A stretch of DNA of 64,000 bases from the NCBI GenBank assembly GCA_964016885.1, contig OZ024740.1:267716001-267780000 (forward strand), written 5' to 3'. A program made the position numbers and the translations under genes. Shown here one piece after another: positions 24,303 to 41,200 of the stretch. Within the stretch, counting starts at the first letter, position 1. The number at the start of each line of letters is the position of its first letter. Origin of the DNA: Eledone cirrhosa (lineage: Eukaryota). The notes below the pieces were generated by a model. That model did no database searches and was not told the DNA's origin. It worked only from the letters and a program-made list of their open reading frames with translations.

Positions 24303-25169
24303 AATCAATAACATCAAGGACGTAAGCGCGAAGTAACACATTTATCGGCCTTCCCATCACCACAGACCCACACAGAATGCATTTAACATCTCCAAGCATT
24401 TCACATACAAAAACAAATTGTAAACATGACACAAAAAACAACAACAGAACAAAATAAATTACTGCATAAAATAGTTAACAACCTAACATTCATTTTACAC
24501 TCTATATTGATATAATTTATTCAATATACAAAATCTTAGAATGTCATGAAAGGCCATTGACATTATATAAACATTATATAAAAAATAATTGAGTAGTATC
24601 TAATAAAAATGTAACACACTACTAAAAGTAGCAGAAAAGAAAGAAAGTGAAAAGGAGGAAAAGAAAGAAGGCTCAAGCGGCAAGAGAAATGGAGAGAGGG
24701 AGGGACAGTAACTACACCCTAGTATAGTATGAGGGATGCCTCAGCCGTGCTCAGTGGGCCATGGAATTAAACGATTTTATCACCAAATACGAAAATTACG
24801 TAACAATAAGACATTATAACAAAGTAAATCGCACTAAATGCACTACACCATACCGCACCACACCAATTAAATTTTATTGAAAATACACTTCCTTGATCTG
24901 AGTGTGAAAAATTTTATCTCCATTTTTTAAATTTATTTGTGCTTACCACCAATTCTGACTTCCAAGATGCTCGCAATTGACTATTTTTTAAAAAGGTAAC
25001 AACACAGAAGACTTAACATCCTTAATAACATTCTTATCCAGTTATATATAGAAAACAACATTCGTAAACTAATTGGCGCTCTCACGATACGAGAAATGTA
25101 GGTTTTTCTTTTAATGAAATATATAATTTTAAATAGAAATGGCAACACAAAGCAGATTAATGTAGTGGT

Positions 25170-25382
25170 TTCTTATTTTGACATACAGCCAACAATTTAT
25201 AGGTTGGGGAAAGTCGATTGAATCGACCTCAGAGCGTTACTGGTACTTTATTTTATCGACCCCATAAAGATGAAAGGCAAAGTTAAAATCAGCGTGGTTT
25301 GAAATCAAAATGTAAAGGTACGGCTATTTCAATGTCTCCAAGCATGGCGTCCGACCCTCTACGGGTGCTGCAAATCCACCGT
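25170..25382 (-). mobile_element. tRNA-derived SINE, long subfamily, diverged
   Basis: Family match to other copies in the window. Confidence 0.82.
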
Positions 25383-25449
25383 AATAACTATGTACAACCA
25401 TCGACTTCACCAGCTTACTCACCAGCTTACTCACCTCATCTACAACACC

Positions 25450-25665
25450 TTAACCCTTTAGCATTTACATTACTCTATATATACTATTGTATTTTCACAG
25501 CAAAGGCTTTATCTTACATAATTATCTCACATAATAATGAATCTATGAGATTTTGATATTTATTTTGATAACAATACCTTAACATGAGTATGAGCAGCCG
25601 GTTACAGCCAGTTTGAACAGAAAGATGTGAAAGAATACTGGCCGGTTATGGCCGGTTTAAACGCC
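25450..25665. mobile_element. Possible decayed piggyBac-type MITE
   Basis: ttaa-ccctttagcattt left end; right end degenerate. Confidence 0.3.
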
Positions 25666-26299
25666 ATAATAACGGAAACTGCAATGCATTCAATACATTC
25701 TGGCTTTTGAAAAATTCGAATAATTCGAGAGGTGAAACATCAGTATCACAACTTAACTTCCTATATATTCAAAGCAACTCATACGAATATACGCACATAC
25801 CTGACCAAGCCAACCTTAACAATTCTTCCTCACACATCATCTTCTGCTACACACTCCTAGCTACCATAATTATTCAGCAAACAATCCTTCAACTCTTGTC
25901 ATACCAATTAACTATTATAACAACACACTAACACATCAACGAAGAAAAAAATACTTTGACAAACTTCAAAGCATCCCAGCGGAATCAGTTCCACCAAGTA
26001 ACATAATGAAGATTTTGTTTTAGAATTCAAGAACGTGACGATCACAAACATAAGCACTTCAGTACGTACTTTCAACAAAATAATTATAGACCTATGTAAA
26101 AACACACCTCACCAGGCAATATAGAAAACTACAATCGGAATTATATATCAGATATTGTCTATCTCATAAAAGCTAAAGGAAAACTCCAATGCCACCAACT
26201 ACATTGAATTGAACCACATTAATACCGTCATTAATACCGCATACTATAGAACCATACAACGATTAACATTTCACAACAGAACCACACAACTACAAAACA

Positions 26300-29200
26300 A
26301 CACAACCATTAATACCACACAACAAGAGAACGACATAATAGCAGAATGAGACAACCACCAACACCACACAACGATAGAACGGGACAACCACCAACGCCAC
26401 ACAACAACAGAACGAGACAACCACTAATACCACACAACAACAGAACGAGACAACCACTAATACCACACAACAACAGAACGAGACAACCACTAATACCACA
26501 CAACAACAGAACGAGACAACCACTAATACCACACAACAACAGAACGAGACAACCACTAATACCACACAACAACAGAACGAGACAACCACTAATACCACAC
26601 AACAACAGAAGGAGACACCCACTAATACCACACAACAACAGAACGAGACAACCACTAATACCACACAACAACAGAAGGAGACAACCACTAACACCACACA
26701 ACAACAGAAGGAGACAACCACTAATACAACACAACAACAGAACGAGACAACCACTAATACCACACAACAACAGAACGAGACAACCACTAATACCACACAA
26801 CAACAGAACGAGACAACCACTAATACCACACAACAACAGAAGGAGACAACCACTAACACCACACAACAACAGAACGAGACAACCACTAATACCACACAAC
26901 GACAGAAGGAGACAACCACTAATACCACACAACAACAGAACGGGACAACCACTAATACCACACAACAACAGAACGAGACAACCACTAACACCACACAACA
27001 ACAGAAGGAGACAACCACTAATACCACACAACAACAGAACGAGACAACCACTAATACCACACAGCAACAGAAGGAGACAACCACTAATACCACACAACAA
27101 CAGAACGAGACAACCACTAACACCACACAACAACAGAACGAGACAACCACTAATATCACACAACAACAGAACGAGACAAGCACTAATACCACACAACAAC
27201 AGAACGAGACAACCACTAATATCACACAACAACAGAACTGGACAACCACTAATACCACACAACAACAGAACGAGACAACCACTAATACAACAAAAACAGA
27301 AGGAATCAACCACTAATACCACACAACAACAGAACGAGACAACCACTATCACCACACAGCAACAGAACGAGACAACCACTAATACCACACAACAACAGAA
27401 CGAGACAACCACTAATACCACACAACAACAGAACGAGACAACCACTAATACCACACAACAACGGAACGAGACAACCACTAATACCACACAACAACAGAAC
27501 GAGACAACCACTAATACCACACAACAACAGAACGAGACAACCACTAATACCACACAACAACAGAACGAGACAACCACTAATACCACACAACAACAGAACG
27601 AGACAACCACTAATACCACACAACAACAGAACGAGACAACCACTAATACCACACAACAACAGAACGGGACAACCACTAATACCACACAACAACAGAACGA
27701 GACAACCACTAATACCACACAACAACAGAACGAGACAACCACTAATACCACACAACAACAGAACGAGACAACCACTAATACCACACAACAACAGAACGGG
27801 ACAACCACTAATACCACACAACAACAGAACGGGACAACCACTAATACCACACAACAACAGAACGAGACAACCACTAATACCACACAACAACAGAAGGAGA
27901 CAACCACTAATACCACACAACAACAGAAGGAGGCAACCACTAACACCACACAACAACAGAACGAGACAACCACTAACACCACACAACAACAGAACGAGAC
28001 GACTACTAATACCACACAAAAACAGAAGGAAACAACCACTAATACCACACAACAACAGAAGGAGACAACCACTAACACCACACAACAACAGAAGGAGACA
28101 ACCACTAATACCACACAACAACAGAAGGAGACAACCACTAACACCACACAACAACAGAAGGAGACAACCACTAATACCACACAACAACAGAAGGAGACAA
28201 CCACTAATACCACACAACAACAGAAGGAGACAACCACTAACACCACACAACAACAGAACGAGACAACCACTAATACCACACAACAACAGAACGAGACAAC
28301 CACTAATACCACACAACAACAGAAGGAGACAACCACTAACACCACACAACCACGGAACGAGACAACCACTAATACCACACAACAACAGAAGGAGACAACC
28401 ACTAATACCACACAACAACAGAACGAGACAACCACTAATACCACACAACAACAGAACGGGACAACCACTAATACCACACAACAACAGAACGAGACAACCA
28501 CTATTACCACACAACAACAGAACGAGACAACCACTAATACCACACAACAACAGAACGAGACAACCACTAATACCACACAACAACAGAACGGGACAAGCAC
28601 TAACACCACACAACAACAGAACGAGACAACCACTAATACCACACAACAACAGAACGAGACAACCACTAATACCACACAACAACAGAACGAGACAACCACT
28701 AATACCACACAACAGCAGAAGGAGGCAACCACTAACACCACACAACAACAGAACGAGACAACCACTAATACCACACAACAACAGAAGGAGACAACCACTA
28801 ACACCACACAACAACAGAACGAGACGACTACTAATACCACACAACAACAGAAGGAAACAACCACTAATACCACACAACAACAGAATGAGACAACCACTAA
28901 CACCACACAACAACAGAACGAGACAACCACTAATACCACACAACAACAGAACGAGACAACCACTAACACCACACAACAACAGAACGAGACAACCACTAAT
29001 ACCACACAACAACAGAAGGAGACAACCACTAATACCACACAACAACAGAACGAGACGACCACTAATACCACACAACAACAGAAGGAGACAACCACTAATA
29101 CCACACAATAACAGAACGAGACAACCACTAACACCACACAACAACAGAACGAGACAACCACTAATATCACACAACAACAGAACGAGACAAGCACTAATAC

Positions 29201-32200
29201 CACACAACAACAGAACGAGACAACCACTAATATAACACAACAACAGAACTGGACAACCACTAATACCACACAACAACAGAACGAGACAACCACTAATACA
29301 ACAAAAACAGAAGGAATCAACCACTAATACCACACAACAACAGAACGAGACAACCACTATCACCACACAACAACAGAACGAGACAACCACTAATACCACA
29401 CAACAACAGAACGAGACAACCACTAATACCACACAACAACAGAACGAGACAACCACTAATACCACACAACAACGGAACGAGACAACCACTAATACCACAC
29501 AACAACGGAACGAGACAACCACTAATACCACACAACAACAGAACGAGACAACCACTAATACCACACAACAACAGAACGAGACAACCACTAATACCACACA
29601 ACAACAGAACGAGACAACCACTAATACCACACAACAACAGAACGAGACAACCACTAATACCACAGAACAACAGAACGAGACAACCACTAATACTACACAA
29701 CAAAAGAACGAGACAACCACTAATACCACACAACAACAGAACGAGACAACCACTAATACCACACAACAACAGAACGAGACAACCACTAATACCACACAAC
29801 AACAGAAAGAGACAACCACTAACACCACACAACAACAGAACGAGACAAGCACTAACACCACACAACAACAGAACGAGACAACCACTAACACCACACAACA
29901 ACAGAACGAGACAACCACTAATACCACACAACAATAGAAGGAGACAACCACTAATACCACACAACAACAGAACGAGACAACCACTAATACCACACAACAG
30001 AACGAGACAACCACTAATACCACACAACAACAGAACGAGACAACCACTAATACCACACAACAACTGAAGGAGACAACCACTAACACCACACAACAACAGA
30101 ACGAGACAACCACTAACAGCACACAACAACAGAACGAGACAACCACTAACACCACACAACAACAGAACGAGACAACCACTAATACCACACAACAATAGAA
30201 GGAGACAACCACTAATACCACACAACAACAGAACGAGACAACCACTAATACCACACAACAACAGAACGAGACAACCATTAATACTACACAACAAAAGAAC
30301 GAGACAACCACTAATACCACACAACAACAGAACGAGACAACCACTAATACCACACAACAACAGAACGAGACAACCACTAATACCACACAACAACTGAAGG
30401 AGACAACCACTAACACCACACAACAACAGAACGAGACAACCACTAACAGCACACAACAACAGAACGAGACAACCACTAACACCACACAACAACAGAACGA
30501 GACAACCACTAATACCACACAACAATAGAAGGAGACAACCACTAATACCACACAACAACAGAAGGAGACAACCACTAATACCACACAACAACAGAACGAG
30601 ACAACCACTAATACCACACAACAACAGAACGAGACAACCACTAATACCACACAACAACAGAACGAGACAACCACTAATACCACACAACAACAGAACGAGA
30701 CAACCACTAATACCACACAACAACAGAACGAGACAACCACTAATACCACACAACAACAGAACGAGACAACCACTAATACCACACAACAATAGAAGGAGAC
30801 AACCACTAATACCACACAACAACAGAAGGAGACAACCACTAATACCACACAACAACAGAACGAGACAACCACTAATACCACACAACAACAGAACGAGACA
30901 ACCACTAATACCACACAACAACAGAACGAGACAACCACTAATACCACACAACAACAGAACGAGACAACCACTAATATCACACAACAACAGAAGGAAACAA
31001 CCACTAACACCACACAACAACAGAACGAGACAACCACTAATACCACACAACAATAGAAGGAGACAACCACTAATACCACACAACAACAGAAGGAGACAAC
31101 CACTAATACCACACAACAACAGAACGAGACAACCACTAATACCACACAACAACAGAAGGAGACAACCACTAATACCACACAACAACAGAACGAGACAACC
31201 ACTAATACCACACAACAACAGAACGAGACAACCACTAATACCACACAACAACAGAACGAGACAACCACTAATACCACACAACAACAGAACGAGACAACCA
31301 CTAATATCACACAACAACAGAACGAGACAACCACTAATACCACACAACAACAGAACGAGACAACCACTAACACCACACAACAACAGAACGAGACAACCAC
31401 TAATACCACACAACAACAGAAGGAGACAACCACTAATACCACACAACAACAGAAGGAGACAACCACTAACACCACACAACAACAGAAGGAGACAACCACT
31501 AATACCACACAACAACAGAACGAGACAACCACTAATACCACACAACAACAGAAGGAGACAACCACTAACACCACACAGCAACAGAACGAGACAACCACTA
31601 ATACCACACAACAACAGAACGAGACAACCACTAATACCACACAACAACAGAACGAGACAACCACTAATACCACACAACAACAGAACGAGACAACCACTAA
31701 TACCACACAACAACAGAACGAGACAACCACTAATATCACACAACAACAGAACGAGACAACCACTAATACCACACAACAACAGAACGAGACAACCACTAAT
31801 ACCACACAACAATAGAAGGAGACAACCACTAATACCACACAACAACAGAAGGAGACAACCACTAATACCACACAACAACAGAACGAGACAACCACTAATA
31901 CCACACAACAACAGAACGAGACAACCACTAATACCACACAACAACAGAACGAGACAACCACTAATACCACACAACAACAGAACGAGACAACCACTAATAT
32001 CACACAACAACAGAACGAGACAACCACTAACACCACACAACCACAGAACGAGACAACCACTAATACCACACAACAATAGAAGGAGACAACCACTAATACC
32101 ACACAACAACAGAAGGAGACAACCACTAATACCACACAACAACAGAACGAGACAACCACTAATACCACACAACAACAGAAGGAGACAACCACTAATACCA

Positions 32201-35200
32201 CACAACAACGGAACGAGACAACCACTAATACCACACAACAACGGAACGAGACAACCACTAATACCACACAACAACAGAACGAGACAACCACTAATACCAC
32301 ACAACAACAGAACGAGACAACCATTAATACCACACAACAACAGAACGAGACAACCACTAATACCACACAACAACAGAACGAGACAACCACTAATACCACA
32401 GAACAACAGAACGAGACAACCACTAATACTACACAACAAAAGAACGAGACAACCACTAATACCACACAACAACAGAACGAGACAACCACTAATACCACAC
32501 AACAACAGAACGAGACAACCACTAATACCACACAACAACAGAAAGAGACAACCACTAACACCACACAACAACAGAACGAGACAAGCACTAACACCACACA
32601 ACAACAGAACGAGACAACCACTAACACCACACAACAACAGAACGAGACAACCACTAATACCACACAACAATAGAAGGAGACAACCACTAATACCACACAA
32701 CAACAGAACGAGACAACCACTAATACCACACAACAGAACGAGACAACCACTAATACCACACAACAACAGAACGAGACAACCACTAATACCACACAACAAC
32801 TGAAGGAGACAACCACTAACACCACACAACAACAGAACGAGACAACCACTAACAGCACAAAACAACAGAACGAGACAACCACTAACACCACACAACAACA
32901 GAACGAGACAACCACTAATACCACACAACAATAGAAGGAGACAACCACTAATACCACACAACAACAGAACGAGACAACCACTAATACCACACAACAACAG
33001 AACGAGACAACCACTAATACCACACAACAACAGAACGAGACAACCACTAATACCACACAACAACTGAAGGAGACAACCACTAACACCACACAACAACAGA
33101 ACGAGACAACCACTAACAGCACACAACAACAGAACGAGACAACCACTAACACCACACAACAACAGAACGAGACAGCCACTAATACCACACAACAATAGAA
33201 GGAGACAACCACTAATACCACACAACAACAGAAGGAGACAACCACTAATACCACACAACAACAGAACGAGACAACCACTAATACCACACAACAACAGAAG
33301 GAGACAACCACTAATACCACACAACAACAGAACGAGACAACCACTAATACCACACAACAACAGAACGAGACAACCACTAATATCACACAACAACAGAACG
33401 AGACAACCACTAATACCACACAACAACAGAACGAGACAACCACTAATACCACACAACAATAGAAGGAGACAACCACTAATACCACACAACAACAGAAGGA
33501 GACAACCACTAATACCACACAACAACAGAACGAGACAACCACTAATACCACACAACAACAGAACGAGACAACCACTAATACCACACAACAACAGAACGAG
33601 ACAACCACTAATACCACACAACAACAGAACGAGACAACCACTAATATCACACAACAACAGAACGAGACAACCACTAACACCACACAACAACAGAACGAGA
33701 CAACCACTAATACCACACAACAATAGAAGGAGACAACCACTAATACCACACAACAACAGAAGGAGACAACCACTAATACCACACAACAACAGAACGAGAC
33801 AACCACTAATACCACACAACAACAGAACGAGACAACCACTAATACCACACAACAACAGAACGAGACAACCACTAATACCACACAACAACAGAACGAGACA
33901 ACCACTAATATCACACAACAACAGAACGAGACAAACACTAATACCACACAAAAACAGAACGAGACAACCACTAATACCACACAACAACAGAACGAGAAAA
34001 CCACTAACACCACACAACAACAGAACGAGACAACCACTAATACCACACAACAACAGAAGGAGACAACCACTAATACCACACAACAACAGAACGGGACAAC
34101 CACTAATACCACACATCAACAGAACGAGACAACCACTAACACCACACAACAACAGAAGGAGACAACCACTAATACCACACAACAACAGAACGAGACAGCC
34201 ACTAATACCACACAACAACAGAACGAGACAACCACTAATACCACACAACAACAGAACGAGACAACCACTAATACCACACAAGAACAGAACGAGACAACCA
34301 CTAATACCACACAACAACAGAACGAGACAACCACTAATATCACACAACAACAGAACTGGACAACCACTAATACCACATAACAACAGGACGAGACAACCAC
34401 TAATACCACACAACAACAGAACGAGACAACCACTAATACCACATAACAACAGAACGAGACAACCACTAATACCACACAACAACAGAACGAGACAACCACT
34501 AATATCACACAACAACAGAACTGGACAACCACTAATACCACACAACAACAGAACGAGACAACCACTAATACCACACAACAACAGAACGAGACAACCACTC
34601 ATACCACACAACAACAGAACGAGACAACCACTAATACCACACAACAACAGAACGAGACAACCACTAATACCACACAACAACAGAACGGGACAACCACTAA
34701 TACCACACAACAACAGAACGAGACAACCACTAATACCACACAACAACAGAACGAGACAACCACTAATACCACACAACAACAGAACGAGACAACCACTAAT
34801 ACCACACAACAACAGAAAGAGGCAACCACTAACACCACACAACAACAGAACGAGACAACCACTAACACCACACAACAACAGAATGAGACAACCACTAACA
34901 CCACACAACAACAGAACGAGACAACCACTAATACCACACAACAACAGAACAAGACAACCACTAATACCACACAACAACAGAAGGAGACAACCACTAACAC
35001 CACACAACAACAGAATGAGACGACTACTCATACCACACAACAACAGAAGGAAACAACCACTAATACCACACAACAACAGAAGGAGACAACCACTAACACC
35101 ACACAACAACAGAACGAGACAACCACTAATACCACAGAACAACAGAACGAGACAACCACTAATACTACACAACAAAAGAACGAGACAACCACTAATACCA

Positions 35201-38200
35201 CACAACAACAGAACGAGACAACCACTAATACCACACAACAACAGAACGAGACAACCACTAATACCACACAACAACAGAAAGAGACAACCACTAACACCAC
35301 ACAACAACAGAACGAGACAAGCACTAACACCACACAACAACAGAACGAGACAACCACTAACACCACACAACAACAGAACGAGACAACCACTAATACCACA
35401 CAACAATAGAAGGAGACAACCACTAATACCACACAACAACAGAACGAGACAACCACTAATACCACACAACAGAACGAGACAACCACTAATACCACACAAC
35501 AACAGAACGAGACAACCACTGATACCACACAACAACTGAAGGAGACAACCACTAACACCACACAACAACAGAACGAGACAACCACTAACAGCACACAACA
35601 ACAGAACGAGACAACCACTAACACCACACAACAACAGAACGAGACAACCACTAATACCACACAACAATAGAAGGAGACAACCACTAATACCACACAACAA
35701 CAGAACGAGACAACCACTAATACCACACAACAACAGAACGAGACAACCACTAATGCTACACAACAAAAGAACGAGACAACCACTAATACCACACAACAAC
35801 AGAACGAGACAACCACTAATACCACACAACAACAGAACGAGACAACAACTAATACCACACAACAACTGAAGGAGACAACCACTAACACCACACAACAACA
35901 GAACGAGACAACCACTAACAGCACACAACAACAGAACGAGACAACCACTAACACCACACAACAACAGAACGAGACAACCACTAATACCACACAACAATAG
36001 AAGGAGACAACCACTAATACCACACAACAACAGAAGGAGACAACCACTAATACCACACAACAACAGAACGAGACAACCACTAATACCACACAACAACAGA
36101 ACGAGACAACCACTAATACCACACAACAACAGAACGAGACAACCACTAATACCACACAACAACAGAACGAGACAACCACTAATATCACACAACAACAGAA
36201 CGAGACAACCACTAATACCACACAACAACAGAACGAGACAACCACTAATACCACACAACAATAGAAGGAGACAACCACTAATACCACACAACAACAGAAG
36301 GAGACAACCACTAATACCACACAACAACAGAACGAGACAACCACTAATACCACACAACAACAGAACGAGACAACCACTAATACCACACAACAACAGAACG
36401 AGACAACCACTAATACCACACAACAACAGAACGAGACAACCACTAATATCACACAACAACAGAACGAGACAACCACTAACACCACACAACCACAGAACGA
36501 GACAACCACTAATACCACACAACAATAGAAGGAGACAACCACTAATACCACACAACAACAGAAGGAGACAACCACTAATACCACACAACAACAGAACGAG
36601 ACAACCACTAATACCACACAACAACAGAACGAGACAACCACTAATACCACACAACAACAGAACGAGACAACCACTAATACCACACAACAACAGAACGAGA
36701 CAACCACTAATATCACACAACAACAGAACGAGACAAACACTAATACCACACAACAACAGAACGAGACAACCACTAATACCACACAACAACAGAACGAGAA
36801 AACCACTAACACCACACAACAACAGAACGAGACAACCACTAATACCACACAACAACAGAAGGAGACAACCACTAATACCACACAACAACAGAACGGGACA
36901 ACCACTAATACCACACATCAACAGAACGAGACAACCACTAACACCACACAACAACAGAAGGAGACAACCACTAATACCACACAACAACAGAACGAGACAG
37001 CCACTAATACCACACAACAACAGAACGAGACAACCACTAATACCACACAACAACAGAACGAGACAACCACTAATACCACACAAGAACAGAACGAGACAAC
37101 CACTAATACCACACAACAACAGAACGAGACAACCACTAATATCACACAACAACAGAACTGGACAACCACTAATACCACATAACAACAGGACGAGACAACC
37201 ACTAATACCACACAACAACAGAACGAGACAACCACTAATACCACATAACAACAGAACGAGACAACCACTAATACCACACAACAACAGAACGAGACAACCA
37301 CTAATATCACACAACAACAGAACTGGACAACCACTAATACCACACAACAACAGAACGAGACAACCACTAATACCACACAACAACAGAACGAGACAACCAC
37401 TCATACCACACAACAACAGAACGAGACAACCACTAATACCACACAACAACAGAACGAGACAACCACTAATACCACACAACAACAGAACGGGACAACCACT
37501 AATACCACACAACAACAGAACGAGACAACCACTAATACCACACAACAACAGAACGAGACAACCACTAATACCACACAACTACAGAACGAGACAACCACTA
37601 ATACCACACAACAACAGAACGGGACAACCACTAATACAACACAACAACAGAACGAGACAACCACTAATACCACACAACAACAGAACGAGACAACCACTAA
37701 TACCACACAACAACAGAACGAGACAACCACTAATACCACACAACAACAGAAAGAGGCAACCACTAACACCACACAACAACAGAACGAGACAACCACTAAC
37801 ACAACACAACAACAGAATGAGACAACCACTAACACCACACAACAACAGAAGGAGACAACCACTAATACCACACAACAACAGAACAAGACAACCACTAATA
37901 CCACACAACAACAGAAGGAGACAACCACTAACACCACACAACAACAGAATGAGACGACTACTCATACCACACAACAACAGAAGGAAACAACCACTAATAC
38001 CACACAACAACAGAAGGAGACAACCACTAACACCACACAACAACAGAACGAGACAACCACTAATACCACACAACAACAGAAGGAGACAACCACTAACGCC
38101 ACACAACAACAGAACGAGACAACCACTAATACCACACAACAACAGAAGGAGACAACCACTAATACCACACAACAACAGAAGGAGACAACCACTAACGCCA

Positions 38201-41200
38201 CACAACAACAGAACGAGACAACCACTAATACCACACAACAACAGAACGAGACAACCACTAATACCACACAACAACAGAACGAGACAACCACTAATACCAC
38301 ACAACAACAGAACGAGACAACCACTCATACCACACAACAACAGAACGAGACAACCACTAATACCACACAACAACAGAACGAGACAACCACTAATACCACA
38401 CAACAACAGAACGGGACAACCACTAATACCACACAACAACAGAACGAGACAACCACTAATACCACACAACAACAGAACGAGACAACCACTAATACCACAC
38501 AACAACAGAACGAGACAACCACTAATACCACACAACAACAGAAAGAGGCAACCACTAACACCACACAACAACAGAACGAGACAACCACTAACACCACACA
38601 ACAACAGAATGAGACAACCACTAACACCACACAACAACAGAACGAGACAACCACTAATACCACACAACAACAGAACAAGACAACCACTAATACCACACAA
38701 CAACAGAAGGAGACAACCACTAACACCACACAACAACAGAATGAGACGACTACTCATACCACACAACAACAGAAGGAAACAACCACTAATACCACACAAC
38801 AACAGAAGGAGACAACCACTAACACCACACAACAACAGAACGAGACAACCACTAATACCACAGAACAACAGAACGAGACAACCACTAATACTACACAACA
38901 AAAGAACGAGACAACCACTAATACCACACAACAACAGAACGAGACAACCACTAATACCACACAACAACAGAACGAGACAACCACTAATACCACACAACAA
39001 CAGAAAGAGACAACCACTAACACCACACAACAACAGAACGAGACAAGCACTAACACCACACAACAACAGAACCAGACAACCACTAACACCACACAACAAC
39101 AGAACGAGACAACCACTAATACCACACAACAATAGAAGGAGACAACCACTAATACCACACAACAACAGAACGAGACAACCACTAATACCACACAACAGAA
39201 CGAGACAACCACTAATACCACACAACAACAGAACGAGACAACCACTAATACCACACAACAACTGAAGGAGACAACCACTAACACCACACAACAACAGAAC
39301 GAGACAACCACTAATACCACACAACAACAGAACGAGACAACCACTAATACCACACAACAACAGAAAGAGACAACCACTAACACCACACAACAACAGAACG
39401 AGACAAGCACTAACACCACACAACAACAGAACGAGACAACCACTAACACCACACAACAACAGAACGAGACAACCACTAATACCACACAACAATAGAAGGA
39501 GACAACCACTAATACCACACAACAACAGAACGAGACAACCACTAATACCACACAACAGAACGAGACAACCACTAATACCACACAACAACAGAACGAGACA
39601 ACCACTAATACCACACAACAACTGAAGGAGACAACCACTAACACCACACAACAACAGAACGAGACAACCACTAACAGCACACAACAACAGAACGAGACAA
39701 CCACTAACACCACACAACAACAGAACGAGACAACCACTAATACCACACAACAATAGAAGGAGACAACCACTAATACCACACAACAACAGAACGAGACAAC
39801 CACTAATACCACACAACAACAGAACGAGACAACCACTAATACTACACAACAAAAGAACGAGACAACCACTAATACCACACAACAACAGAACGAGACAACC
39901 ACTAATACCACACAACAACAGAACGAGACAACAACTAATACCACACAACAACTGAAGGAGACAACCACTAACACCACACAACAACAGAACGAGACAACCA
40001 CTAACAGCACACAACAACAGAACGAGACAACCACTAACACCACACAACAACAGAACGAGACAACCACTAATACCACACAACAATAGAAGGAGACAACCAC
40101 TAATACCACACAACAACAGAAGGAGACAACCACTAATACCACACAACAACAGAACGAGACAACCACTAATACCACACAACAACAGAACGAGACAACCACT
40201 AATACCACACAACAACAGAACGAGACAACCACTAATACCACACAACAACAGAACGAGACAACCACTAATATCACACAACAACAGAACGAGACAACCACTA
40301 ATACCACACAACAACAGAACGAGACAACCACTAATACCACACAACAATAGAAGGAGACAACCACTAATACCACACAACAACAGAAGGAGACAACCACTAA
40401 TACCACACAACAACAGAACGAGACAACCACTAATACCACACAACAACAGAACGAGACAACCACTAATACCACACAACAACAGAACGAGACAACCACTAAT
40501 ACCACACAACAACAGAACGAGACAACCACTAATATCACACAACAACAGAACGAGACAACCACTAACACCACACAACCACAGAACGAGACAACCACTAATA
40601 CCACACAACAATAGAAGGAGACAACCACTAATACCACACAACAACAGAAGGAGACAACCACTAATACCACACAACAACAGAACGAGACAACCACTAATAC
40701 CACACAACAACAGAACGAGACAACCACTAATACCACACAACAACAGAACGAGACAACCACTAATACCACACAACAACAGAACGAGACAACCACTAATATC
40801 ACACAACAACAGAACGAGACAAACACTAATACCACACAACAACAGAACGAGACAACCACTAATACCACACAACAACAGAACGAGAAAACCACTAACACCA
40901 CACAACAACAGAACGAGACAACCACTAATACCACACAACAACAGAAGGAGACAACCACTAATACCACACAACAACAGAACGGGACAACCACTAATACCAC
41001 ACATCAACAGAACGAGACAACCACTAACACCACACAACAACAGAAGGAGACAACCACTAATACCACACAACAACAGAACGAGACAGCCACTAATACCACA
41101 CAACAACAGAACGAGACAACCACTAATACCACACAACAACAGAACGAGACAACCACTAATACCACACAAGAACAGAACGAGACAACCACTAATACCACAC

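Noticed and set aside
22000-25100. Host exons or additional old repeats (e.g. near 22130, 23580, 24680)
   Set aside because: Only vague resemblance to repeat remnants; no internal evidence such as a second copy, TSD or ORF
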